Assembly: GCA_947246475.1 (NCBI GenBank)
Contig: CAMXSH010000004.1
Location: 26,701-90,700 of the forward strand
DNA: 64,000 nucleotides
Direction of reading: 5' to 3'
Source: an uncultured Roseburia sp.
Lineage (GTDB): Bacteria > Bacillota > Clostridia > Lachnospirales > Lachnospiraceae
Shown: positions 38,444 to 47,732 of the stretch, one piece after another
Position numbering within the stretch: position 1 is the first letter of the stretch
Layout: every line of letters starts with the position of its first letter
Position numbers and translations under genes: made by a program
The notes under the pieces: model-generated
Told to the model about the DNA's origin: nothing
The model's database searches: none
Seen by the model: only the letters and a program-made list of their open reading frames with translations

Positions 38444-39901
38444 ATGGATCAGGTTGGAGCACTGCCTGTTGAGAACGCTTTGGAAATGATCCTTATGTTT
38501 AGCCAGGAAGGTATCATTACATATGCGAATGCTGCTGCGAAAGAGAAACTAGAATATGGAGATGAGTTGTGCGGCAGTCACATTAGCAGTATTTTTCCCA
38601 ATGAGTTTCAACAGATCGAGAATGGATTTTCAACAGAATATCGTTTCGGCAGCCAGATACAGAATGTATTTGCTTATCGGAAAAATCTGACATGTTTTCC
38701 CGCAGAGGCACGAATGATTTGGGACGAAGAAAGATCCCAGTACGTGTGTATGGCAAATGACATCCTGGAGAAAGAATTTTTGAACCAGGAGATGGAACGG
38801 GTAAAGCAGGAAGCAGAGCAGGCGCTCAAGGTAAGGTCCGAATTTGTAGCCAATGTGACACATGAACTCAGAACTCCGGTCAATGGAATTCTGGGAAATG
38901 TCATGGATCTGACTGAGAAAGAAGAAGATGAGAAAAAGCGTAAGGCCCTGCGTCTGATCGAGCGCTGCTGTGGAGATATGAACCGGCTCATAAATAACAT
39001 TCTGGATTTTTCCAAGCTGGAAGCCGGAAAGTTTGTATTGGAAAACCGCAGGTTTCATTTTCGCAATATGATAGACTATGTACGCGGTAATCATCAGAAC
39101 AGGATGACGGAAAAAGGGCTGGAATTTTTTGTTACAGTCTCGCCGAAGATACCAGAGTATATCATAGGAGATGAGCTGAAAATTGTTCAGATCCTGAACA
39201 ATCTGTTATCAAATGCCCAGAAATTCACCCATGTGGGAAGCGTTTCCGTGGAGATCATTGAGACTGCCCAGGTGAAAAATTCCATCGAACTGTATTTTCT
39301 CGTGATGGATACCGGGATTGGTATAAAAAAAGAAGATTATGATAAATTGTTTCAGAGTTTTTCTCAGGTGGATGCCTCGATTACAAGAAAATACGGAGGT
39401 ACCGGTCTGGGATTGAATATTACCAGGCAGTTTGTGGAGATGATGGGAGGCAGTATCAGCGTAGAAAGCGAAGTAAATAAGGGAACGACCTTTACCTTTT
39501 CTATCTGGGTTACCATCGAAGAGGATAAGGATTCCGGTCCCATCGCCCCAGAATCCCATCCGGGTCGAAAAGCTGGAGAGCTCCCAGACACTGTTCTGGA
39601 ACTGAAAGAGAAGAAAGAAAGCCAGGTAGAAGGTTTTCGTATATATGGTTCGCCGGAGAACAAAGAGATTTTGGGCAAGACTCTTTCAAAACTCATTCTC
39701 TGTATAGAGATGGAGAACTGGGAAAAAGCAGAGGATTTTATGGAGACCATAAGACAGCTGACAGAAGAGGCGCCCAGAGAGGTGACGCGAGGAGTGCTGC
39801 GGCTTAAGATGGCGGTACAGAAGGCGAATTACGAAAAAGCAATCAAAGGACTGGAAGAATTAAAAACATGCGTTGAACATGAGACGGAAGAAGGAAATTA
39901 A
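38444..39901 (+). CDS. PAS-domain sensor histidine kinase
   Basis: N-terminal PAS-like region; H-box VTHELRTPVNG, N-box NNLLSNAQKFT, DTGIG and GTGLGL. Confidence 0.92.
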   Translation: MDQVGALPVENALEMILMFSQEGIITYANAAAKEKLEYGDELCGSHISSIFPNEFQQIENGFSTEYRFGSQIQNVFAYRKNLTCFPAEARMIWDEERSQYVCMANDILEKEFLNQEMERVKQEAEQALKVRSEFVANVTHELRTPVNGILGNVMDLTEKEEDEKKRKALRLIERCCGDMNRLINNILDFSKLEAGKFVLENRRFHFRNMIDYVRGNHQNRMTEKGLEFFVTVSPKIPEYIIGDELKIVQILNNLLSNAQKFTHVGSVSVEIIETAQVKNSIELYFLVMDTGIGIKKEDYDKLFQSFSQVDASITRKYGGTGLGLNITRQFVEMMGGSISVESEVNKGTTFTFSIWVTIEEDKDSGPIAPESHPGRKAGELPDTVLELKEKKESQVEGFRIYGSPENKEILGKTLSKLILCIEMENWEKAEDFMETIRQLTEEAPREVTRGVLRLKMAVQKANYEKAIKGLEELKTCVEHETEEGN

Positions 39902-39905
39902 ATTG

Positions 39906-40979
39906 ATGGATTATGAGCAAAATGAGGTTTGTGGTTCTGTAATTTTGATTGTAGACGATGTGGAAACCAACAGGGTGATCCTGGAAGAGATCATTAAGGA
40001 CATGGGCTGTGTTCCAGTTTCAGCGGAGAATGGAGTTCAGGCACTGGAGCAGTTAGAGCGCGGCAGCCCGGATCTGGTATTGACAGATGTATCCATGCCT
40101 GAGATGGGGGGGCATGAATTATGCCGGATCTTAAAAGAGAACGCGAAGACAAGAGAAATTCCCGTCATTTTTATCTCTGCTTTTGGAGAGACCGAGGATG
40201 TGATCAAAGGCTTTTCCCTGGGAGGAAATGATTATATAGTCAAGCCGTTTATCCCGGAGGTCGTTCAGGCGAGAGTAAAACTTCATCTCTCTCTTCATGC
40301 GGCGACTCTTGAGATCAGTGAAAATAACAGACGGCTCCAGAAATCGGTTCAGGAACAGGTGAGCCAGATCGAACAGGAGCGGAAAAATGTACTGTATGCG
40401 CTGGTTGGTGTGGCGGCAGAAAATTCTTTTCATAGTCACGGGCATATTGAGCGGCTGCAGCAAAACTGCAGAATGCTGGCACAAAGCATGCAGTTTTCAC
40501 CTTTGTTTACAGACCGGATCTCGGATACATATATAGATACGATAGAAGTTGCAGCGCCCCTTTGTGATATTGGAAATGTCGGAATACCCAGATCTGTTCT
40601 GCACAAAGGATCGGAGCTTTCTGAGGAAGAGAAAGTATTGGTTCAGAGCCATACTCAGATTGGGGCGAAGCTTTTGAAAGACTTGTATGTGACAAGTGAT
40701 TTTAATGATTTTATCCAGATTTCTATTGATGTGGCGAATTATCATCATGAAAATTGGGATGGAAGCGGATATCCGTCACAGTTAAAAGAAGAGGAGATCC
40801 CTTTGGCGGCACAGATCGTATCCATTGTGGATGTGTATTGTGCCCTCACAGAGAGGAGATCCTACCGTAAAGAGTACAGCAAAGAAGAGGCTTTGCAGAT
40901 TATGAGTCAGGAATCTGGTAAGAAATTCCATCCGGAGATATTTAAAATTTTTCATAAAATATCACGTCAGCTTTGTTAG
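39906..40979 (+). CDS. Response regulator with a degenerate HD-GYP domain
   Basis: REC intact (VDDVE, TDVSMP, VKPF). The HD dyad reads PLCDIGN instead of ALHDIGK; HHENWDGSGYP is retained. Confidence 0.88.
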   Translation: MDYEQNEVCGSVILIVDDVETNRVILEEIIKDMGCVPVSAENGVQALEQLERGSPDLVLTDVSMPEMGGHELCRILKENAKTREIPVIFISAFGETEDVIKGFSLGGNDYIVKPFIPEVVQARVKLHLSLHAATLEISENNRRLQKSVQEQVSQIEQERKNVLYALVGVAAENSFHSHGHIERLQQNCRMLAQSMQFSPLFTDRISDTYIDTIEVAAPLCDIGNVGIPRSVLHKGSELSEEEKVLVQSHTQIGAKLLKDLYVTSDFNDFIQISIDVANYHHENWDGSGYPSQLKEEEIPLAAQIVSIVDVYCALTERRSYRKEYSKEEALQIMSQESGKKFHPEIFKIFHKISRQLC

Positions 40980-41018
40980 AAAAAGACGTAAAAATTTTAT
41001 TGTTAAGGAGTAAGAGCA

Positions 41019-41822
41019 GTGATTACGGACAATGAGTTTTTGAGAATAGTTTCTTTTTTAAAACAGCGGTATGGCATTGACATGAGCCAGAAAAAGGTTA
41101 TAATGAATGGCAGGCTGGAAAATTATTTGAAATCGGGTGGCTGGAGTTCTTTTGATGAGTATATGAATGATGTGGAGAAAGATGCTTCTGGCGAGTTAGA
41201 GAAGACGCTGGTTAATTTTCTGACAACAAACCATACTTATTTTATGAGGGAATTCGGACATTTTGAATTTTTTAAGAGTGTTGTACTTCCCTGGATTCAA
41301 AAGAAGGAAGAGCATTCTAAGGATATGCGTATTTGGTGTGGTGCTTCTTCAACAGGAGAAGAGCCCTATATGATCGCTATGGTGGTCAATGAGTTCCTGG
41401 GACTGGATCATAAAAACTGGGATGCCAGGATCCTGGCGACAGATATATCAACTCAGGCACTGAGTCATGCGATCGCTGGAGTTTATGAGGATGAACATCT
41501 GAAAAGTGTACCGGCAAACTGGAAACGGCATTTTTTCAATCAATTGAAAGACGGCAGCTATGTCGCAACAGATGAATTGAAAAAAGAAGTGATCTTTAGG
41601 AAATTTAACTTAATGGAACCTTTCCCATTCCGGAAGAAAATGCACACGGTATTTTTGCGCAATGTGATGATATATTTTGATGAAGCAACCAAGCGGGAGC
41701 TGGTACAAAAGGTATATGATTCACTGGAGCCGGGAGGGTATTTATTTGTCGGTATGACGGAGACGCTGGACCGGAGCAGTACGCCTTTCCAGCTGGTGCA
41801 GCCTTCGATATTTAAAAAATAG
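41019..41822 (+). CDS. cheR: Chemotaxis methyltransferase CheR
   Basis: TTNHTYFMRE, WCGASSTGEEPY, LATDIS and LRNVMIYF motifs. Confidence 0.95.
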   Translation: MITDNEFLRIVSFLKQRYGIDMSQKKVIMNGRLENYLKSGGWSSFDEYMNDVEKDASGELEKTLVNFLTTNHTYFMREFGHFEFFKSVVLPWIQKKEEHSKDMRIWCGASSTGEEPYMIAMVVNEFLGLDHKNWDARILATDISTQALSHAIAGVYEDEHLKSVPANWKRHFFNQLKDGSYVATDELKKEVIFRKFNLMEPFPFRKKMHTVFLRNVMIYFDEATKRELVQKVYDSLEPGGYLFVGMTETLDRSSTPFQLVQPSIFKK

Positions 41823-41839
41823 AAAGAAAGGTTAAAGCT

Positions 41840-42868
41840 ATGCGTCCAATTAAAGTTTTAGTGGTGGAAGATTCCATGGTATTCAGAGAGCTGCTTGTGC
41901 AGAGCTTAGGCAAAGATCCGGACATACAGGTAGTGGGTACGGCCAAAGACCCTTTTGAAGCAAGGGACGCCATACTGGAATACAAGCCGGATGTTATGAC
42001 TCTTGATGTGGAACTTCCGCGAATGAGTGGAATTGAATTTTTAAGAAAATTGATACCACAGTATCCTCTTCCGGTGGTAGTCATCAGTTCTCTTTCTGAT
42101 AAGGTATTTGATGCAATGAACGCCGGGGCGGTGGATTTTGTGGCGAAACCGTCCTATACAGACAGGAAACAGCTGGAAAGTTTTGTTCATAATGAATTGT
42201 TGGTAAAGATCAAAATTGCTTCCACTGCTAAGATCAGTAAGATCAAAAGGAAAGTTGCGCAGGAAGTACAGCAGAATTTTGTATCAAAAGGAAAAAATCT
42301 GATCATTGCAATCGGTGCTTCTACAGGAGGCACTGAGGCGATCTGTACTGTGATGAAGGATTATGGTGCAGATCTTCCTGGTATCGTTGTCGTACAGCAT
42401 ATGCCCCCCGGATTCACGGAGATGTATGCGAAAAGGCTGGATAACCAGTGCCGTGTCCGGGTAAAAGAAGCTCAGACCGGGGACAGGGTTCTGCCAGGAA
42501 CAGTGTTGATCGCTCCGGGAGGCGACAAACATATGCGGGTTGTAAATGTAGGTGGAAATTACCAGGTAGAAGTGGTTGCAGGACCAAAAGTAAACGGTCA
42601 TTGTCCGTCGGTAGATGTGTTGTTTGAGTCAGTAGCGAGAGTGGCAGGAAAGGATGCTCTGGGTATCATTCTGACCGGAATGGGTGGAGACGGTGCGAAA
42701 GGCCTGCTTGCCATGAGACAGGCGGGAGCCAGGACCATAGGCCAGGATGAATCTACATGTGTCGTATATGGTATGCCGAAAGTGGCATACGATCTTGGCG
42801 CTGTGGAGTTTCAGGATAAATTATCAGATATTGCAAAAAGAACATATTCTGTTTTAAACAGGATGTAA
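41840..42868 (+). CDS. cheB: Chemotaxis methylesterase CheB
   Basis: REC domain plus IGASTGG, QHMP, PSVD and ILTGMGGDGA motifs. Confidence 0.96.
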   Translation: MRPIKVLVVEDSMVFRELLVQSLGKDPDIQVVGTAKDPFEARDAILEYKPDVMTLDVELPRMSGIEFLRKLIPQYPLPVVVISSLSDKVFDAMNAGAVDFVAKPSYTDRKQLESFVHNELLVKIKIASTAKISKIKRKVAQEVQQNFVSKGKNLIIAIGASTGGTEAICTVMKDYGADLPGIVVVQHMPPGFTEMYAKRLDNQCRVRVKEAQTGDRVLPGTVLIAPGGDKHMRVVNVGGNYQVEVVAGPKVNGHCPSVDVLFESVARVAGKDALGIILTGMGGDGAKGLLAMRQAGARTIGQDESTCVVYGMPKVAYDLGAVEFQDKLSDIAKRTYSVLNRM

Positions 42869-42880
42869 AGGAGTGAAGAT

Positions 42881-43273
42881 ATGAAAATTTTATTGGCAGA
42901 GGACGATTATGCAACCAGGAAGTTTATGGTGAGTTTCCTGTCCCAATACGGAGAATGTGATGTGACCGTAGATGGAATGGAGGCGGTGGATGCATTTCTG
43001 ATGGCTCTGGAAGACGAAGAACCCTATGATCTGGTATGTCTGGATATTATGATGCCGGTTATGGATGGATATCAGGCTTTGATGGGGATCCGGAATCTGG
43101 AGAAGCAGAAAAATATTCCAAAGGAAAAAGAAGTTAAGGTGATTATGACCACCGCATTGAATGAGGAACAGAATGTAAAAATGGCATTCGATCTGGGATG
43201 TACCATTTATTCTGGTAAACCGATTGATCAGACCAGGTTTGAGCAAGCATTAAAAAAGCTGAATCTGATATAA
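42881..43273 (+). CDS. Single-domain response regulator (CheY-like)
   Basis: LAEDD, LDIMMP, MTT and GKP; 130 aa. Confidence 0.9.
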   Translation: MKILLAEDDYATRKFMVSFLSQYGECDVTVDGMEAVDAFLMALEDEEPYDLVCLDIMMPVMDGYQALMGIRNLEKQKNIPKEKEVKVIMTTALNEEQNVKMAFDLGCTIYSGKPIDQTRFEQALKKLNLI

Positions 43274-43306
43274 TAAACACAAGAATCTAAGGGAAAGGAG
43301 AAGGAT

Positions 43307-45460
43307 ATGGCTGAAGAATTTAACTTAGAAGGAATGCTTGATACGTATCTGTTTGAAAACGAGCAGCTGCTGGAGCAGCTTCAGGAGATCGTTCTGGATC
43401 AGAAAGATGCAGAATGTTTTGATGAAGACAGTATCAATGAGATATTTCGAACAATGCATACGATCAAAGGTTCTTCTGGAATAATGATGTTCGACAATGT
43501 CACAGCCATCTCACATAAGCTGGAGGATGTTTTTTATTACCTGAGAGAATCTCATCCCGAAAATGTCGTTCATGCCGATCTGGTTGAGCATGTACTTCAA
43601 GTGGCGGATTTTATTACCGCTGAAATGGAAAAGATACAGGAAGGCAGCCCGGCAGATGGAGACCCTGCTGCTATCATCGCTGAGTTAGACAGCTTTTTGG
43701 AGAATATTAAAAATGGTGCAGTAGAAGAAGGGAAGGAACTCCCGGAGGAGAATGTAAGCGAAGAACCAAAACATTTTTACATCGCACCAGTGGCAAACAG
43801 TGCCAGCCGTTTTTATAAGATTTACATAAACTTTTTTCCAGAAACAGAGATGGCAAATGTTCATGCCTACAAAACGGTATATTCGCTGAAGGAGATTGCA
43901 GAGGACCTGCTGTATGAGCCGGAGGATCTGATCACTGATGCCAGCAGCATCGATGCGATCATGGAGGATGGATTCCGTATTCTGCTTCAGGCGCAGTGTT
44001 CTGAGGAAGATCTTCGGGAGCTTATAAAGGTTGGTTATGACATTGAGCGGGTGGATATCTATGAGTGCAAAGCCGAAGAATTCCTGCAGGGCTTTGATTT
44101 TGGAGATCACCCAGCGGTCGGGATCGATCTGGAATCCAGTGCTGAAGAGATTGAGGCAAAAGCCATAAAGGCGGAAGAGGCTGCTGAGAAGAAAGAAGCG
44201 CCGAAGCCGAAGATGGCGCCAGGAGACTTTGTCATTAAGTCCAAGGAGCCTGGTAAGCCTAAGAAACTGGCAAAAGATAAGCAAAGAGGAGTTAAAGATT
44301 CTTTCATCAGTGTAAACGTGAAGAAGATGGATCAGCTTATGGATCTGATCGGAGAGTTGGTAATCTCGGAGTCTGTTGTTCTGCAGAACCAGGATCTAAA
44401 GGTACCTGGATTGAATCTTACCAACTTTAATAAAGCGGCAGCTCAGATGGCTAAGATTTCCACGGATCTGCAGAATGTGATCATGTCCATGCGAATGGTG
44501 CCTCTTACCAACGTATTCCAGAAAATGAACCGGATCGTCTTTGATGTTTCCAGGAAACTTGGAAAAGATGTTGAGTTTGTGATGATCGGAGAGCATACGG
44601 AAGTGGATAAAAATATTATTGAAAATATTTCGGATCCGCTGATGCATCTGGTTAGAAATGCCGTCGATCATGGAATAGAGACCAATGAAGAACGGGTAGA
44701 CAGCGGTAAGCCCGACCGTGGAAAGATTACATTGTCAGCCAGAACAGAAGCTGGTAAGGTTTGGATCAGCGTGGAGGACAATGGAAAAGGTCTTGACCGG
44801 GAAAAGATTTTGGATAAGGCGAGGAAACAGGAGCTTCTGGATCCTACCAAACCGGATTCCGCTTATGAAGATAAAGATGTATTTCAGTTTATCACCCTCC
44901 CTGGTTTTTCAACCAATGAACAGGTGACAGAATACTCAGGCAGGGGTGTGGGAATGGATGTTGTTGTTCAGAACATCCAGTCTATTGGTGGAACACTGGA
45001 TATAGAAAGTAATCTGGGAATGGGTACTACCATGACACTGAAAATTCCTTTGACTCTGGCGATCATTGACGGAATCGTTATGGAGACAGGAAATTCATCT
45101 TTTGTGGTTGAAACTGGCGTCATAAAAGAATTTGTCAGTGTGACAGAGGATATGATGATTCATGAGCCTACAGGCGAAGAGTACATCATGATCCGTGGAG
45201 AGTGTTTCCCTGTGCTTCGACTTGGAGACTGGTATGGATTGGAAGAGTACCACAAGAATGTAGAAGAGGGAATGATGTTGATTTTTGAGGTAGAAGGAAA
45301 GACTATTTGTCTGCTTGTGGACCGGCTTATTGGAAAACAGGAGATCGTAGTAAAACCAATTCCTTCTTACATCAAAAAGGTAAAAGGAATTTCCGGCTGT
45401 ACCCAGTTAGGAGACGGCAGTATCGCTCTTATTCTGGACCCAGTAGGATTAATAGAATAA
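43307..45460 (+). CDS. cheA: Chemotaxis histidine kinase CheA
   Basis: P1 FRTMHTIKGSS, dimerisation region LMDLIGELVI, HLVRNAVDHGIE, GFST...SGRGVGMDVV and a C-terminal CheW-like domain. Confidence 0.97.
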   Translation: MAEEFNLEGMLDTYLFENEQLLEQLQEIVLDQKDAECFDEDSINEIFRTMHTIKGSSGIMMFDNVTAISHKLEDVFYYLRESHPENVVHADLVEHVLQVADFITAEMEKIQEGSPADGDPAAIIAELDSFLENIKNGAVEEGKELPEENVSEEPKHFYIAPVANSASRFYKIYINFFPETEMANVHAYKTVYSLKEIAEDLLYEPEDLITDASSIDAIMEDGFRILLQAQCSEEDLRELIKVGYDIERVDIYECKAEEFLQGFDFGDHPAVGIDLESSAEEIEAKAIKAEEAAEKKEAPKPKMAPGDFVIKSKEPGKPKKLAKDKQRGVKDSFISVNVKKMDQLMDLIGELVISESVVLQNQDLKVPGLNLTNFNKAAAQMAKISTDLQNVIMSMRMVPLTNVFQKMNRIVFDVSRKLGKDVEFVMIGEHTEVDKNIIENISDPLMHLVRNAVDHGIETNEERVDSGKPDRGKITLSARTEAGKVWISVEDNGKGLDREKILDKARKQELLDPTKPDSAYEDKDVFQFITLPGFSTNEQVTEYSGRGVGMDVVVQNIQSIGGTLDIESNLGMGTTMTLKIPLTLAIIDGIVMETGNSSFVVETGVIKEFVSVTEDMMIHEPTGEEYIMIRGECFPVLRLGDWYGLEEYHKNVEEGMMLIFEVEGKTICLLVDRLIGKQEIVVKPIPSYIKKVKGISGCTQLGDGSIALILDPVGLIE

Positions 45461-45473
45461 CAGATAGAAAGGA

Positions 45474-46010
45474 ATGGTGCTAATCATGGATGAAACAAAA
45501 GATCTCACCAGCGAGCACGACGCACAAAAAGGCAAGTACATGACCTTTAAATCTGGAAATGAATATTTTGGACTGAAGATTCAGTATGTAAATGAGATTA
45601 TTGGTTTTCAGGCAATTACAGCAATACCGGAGACAGAGGATTATATTAAAGGTCTGATTAATTTAAGAGGAAAGATTCTTCCTGTTATTGATGTGCGGCT
45701 TCGGTTTAAACAGGATCCCTTTGAGTATAATGACAGAACCTGCATTATTGTCATTAATGTCAAGGATACAGTAGTTGGATTGATCGTCGAAAAAATTGCA
45801 GAGGTAGTGGAGATTCCAGATGAAAATATTCTGCCTCCTCCGTCGATCGGACGAATGGATAAGGCTCAGAACCAGTATGTTTATGGTATTGGAAGAGTTG
45901 GCGATTCCGTAAAACTGCTGCTTGATCCGGATAAGCTTTTAAACGACGAAGATTTGTCACTTATTGAAGAGGTCAATGACATGAGTGAAGAAGAAAGAGA
46001 GGTAAAATAA
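45474..46010 (+). CDS. cheW: Chemotaxis adaptor CheW
   Basis: [18 protein letters not shown] and [11 protein letters not shown] motifs. Confidence 0.95.
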   Translation: MVLIMDETKDLTSEHDAQKGKYMTFKSGNEYFGLKIQYVNEIIGFQAITAIPETEDYIKGLINLRGKILPVIDVRLRFKQDPFEYNDRTCIIVINVKDTVVGLIVEKIAEVVEIPDENILPPPSIGRMDKAQNQYVYGIGRVGDSVKLLLDPDKLLNDEDLSLIEEVNDMSEEEREVK

Positions 46011-47356
46011 TGAAGAATATAAAAATTAGAACAAAATTATTAATTGGATTTTTGATTCCGGTTTTATTGATGATTGTCAATGTGTTTATGGAGAATACTG
46101 CCATGAGAAGACTCAAACAGGCAGAGGACACAGAAGCATACATAGAAAGTTATTTAGTGTTTTCAGCAATACTTATCGTTGTTTCCATTCTTGTTATTGT
46201 AATATATGCTTATTTTGTCATCCGGACGATCCGGGTATCGGTTTCCCAGCTCTCAACTGCAGCGAAAGATATTGCACTGGGAAAAGTTGATATTAAGCTG
46301 ATAAAGCACAACAACGATGAATTTGGCGGGCTGGTAGATGAATATACTAAAGTAATTGAAAATATCAAGTATCAGGCGGATATTGCAGAAGAAGTTTCAA
46401 ACGGAAATCTGACGGTGCAGGTAACACCAAAATCAACCGATGATCTTTTGGGGAATTCCTTAAAGAAACTGGTAGATGATAACCTGCATGCTATGATCAA
46501 CATCAACGATGCAGCTTCCCAGGTAACTGTTGGTGCATCTCAGGTGGCAGATGCCAGTCAGTCTCTGGCACAGGGATCTACAGAGCAGGCAAGTGCGATC
46601 CAGCAGATCACAGCTTCCATTGATGAAATAGCAGATAAGACACGACAGAATGCAGAGCAGGCAAATTCTGCTGCTGAATTAGTGGTTCAGGCAATCTCCG
46701 ATGTGAAGATGGGAAATAAACAGATGCAGGATATGATGGAAGCGATGAAAGATATCAATAAGTCTTCTGAGAGCATTTCCAAGATTATCAAGGTAATTGA
46801 TGACATTGCTTTCCAGACAAATATTCTTGCTTTGAACGCAGCAGTTGAGGCGGCAAGAGCTGGTGAAGCTGGAAAAGGTTTTGCTGTGGTAGCTGAAGAG
46901 GTAAGAAGCCTTGCAGCTAAAAGTGCAGCAGCGGCAGCAGAGACAGCAGAGCTCATTGAAGATTCTATCGTGAAAGTGGGAGCAGGTTCCAAGATTGCAG
47001 ATGATACTGCAAAGGCACTGGATATTATTACAAATGTAGTTGAGAAGAGTGAAGTAATTATCAATGGTATTGCAGAGTCTTCTAATTATCAGACCACTGC
47101 TGTAGTGCAGATTGAGCAGGCTATATCTCAGGTTTCCCAGGTTGTACAGACCAACTCTGCTACCAGCGAGCAGTGTGCGGCAGCCAGCGAAGAGTTATCA
47201 AATCAGGCGACACGCATGCGTGACCTGCTTTCTATCTACAATACTGGTTCAGATTCAGGAGCTTCTGCTTTTCGCGGAGACAGCTCTATGTCATCATCAA
47301 AGATTAATATGAATGAGCAGATCATTTCCCTTGGAGATGGATTTGACAAGTATTGA
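46010..47356 (+). CDS. Methyl-accepting chemotaxis protein with a very short extracellular loop
   Basis: Two TM helices about 20 aa apart, HAMP region, and [34 protein letters not shown] signalling tip. Confidence 0.95.
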   Translation: MKNIKIRTKLLIGFLIPVLLMIVNVFMENTAMRRLKQAEDTEAYIESYLVFSAILIVVSILVIVIYAYFVIRTIRVSVSQLSTAAKDIALGKVDIKLIKHNNDEFGGLVDEYTKVIENIKYQADIAEEVSNGNLTVQVTPKSTDDLLGNSLKKLVDDNLHAMININDAASQVTVGASQVADASQSLAQGSTEQASAIQQITASIDEIADKTRQNAEQANSAAELVVQAISDVKMGNKQMQDMMEAMKDINKSSESISKIIKVIDDIAFQTNILALNAAVEAARAGEAGKGFAVVAEEVRSLAAKSAAAAAETAELIEDSIVKVGAGSKIADDTAKALDIITNVVEKSEVIINGIAESSNYQTTAVVQIEQAISQVSQVVQTNSATSEQCAAASEELSNQATRMRDLLSIYNTGSDSGASAFRGDSSMSSSKINMNEQIISLGDGFDKY

Positions 47357-47394
47357 TCATTAAGCATATTGCTTTATATATGTTAAAGGATAGG

Positions 47395-47420
47395 GTCAGG
47401 TGTGGAGTACCACACCTGAC
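47395..47420 (+). terminator. Terminator-like hairpin after the chemosensory operon
   Basis: GTCAGGTGTGG-AGTA-CCACACCTGAC, a perfect 11-bp stem. Confidence 0.65.
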
Positions 47421-47538
47421 ATCTCCCTTTATTTGCAAGGAAGGCACAAGACAAGCTGGCATGCTTGCAATTTTCAATTTGGCGCCACCTGTGGTTTTAT
47501 GATCTTGTAAAAATTTCTAAAAAAAATAAAAAAAAAGA

Positions 47539-47567
47539 TTGCAATATAGGTGCTGTTTTAGTAAAAT
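47539..47567 (+). promoter_or_regulatory. Sigma-A promoter of tRNA-Pro with an upstream A-tract
   Basis: TTGCAA-17 nt-TAAAAT preceded by an A-rich UP-like tract. Confidence 0.7.
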
Positions 47568-47578
47568 AATATAGTGAA

Positions 47579-47652
47579 CGGAGCATGGCGTAGTTTGGTA
47601 GCGCGCACGGCTGGGGGCCGTGAGGTCGCAGGTTCAAATCCTGTTGCTCCGA
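47579..47652 (+). tRNA. tRNA-Pro (anticodon GGG); CCA not encoded
   Basis: Acceptor stem CGGAGCA/TGCTCCG, D-loop AGTTTGGTAG, anticodon arm CACGG-CTGGGGG-CCGTG and T-loop GGTTCAAATCC. Confidence 0.97.
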
Positions 47653-47670
47653 TTTTTCAAGGGTATTATA

Positions 47671-47699
47671 AAAGAACGGGTCGTGGCTACCCGTTCTTT
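47671..47699. terminator. Likely bidirectional terminator after tRNA-Pro
   Basis: AAAGAACGGGT / ACCCGTTCTTT with a T tract. Confidence 0.8.
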
Positions 47700-47732
47700 T
47701 GTCTTTCAATCTTCCTTGTTTTTGCATTCAGA

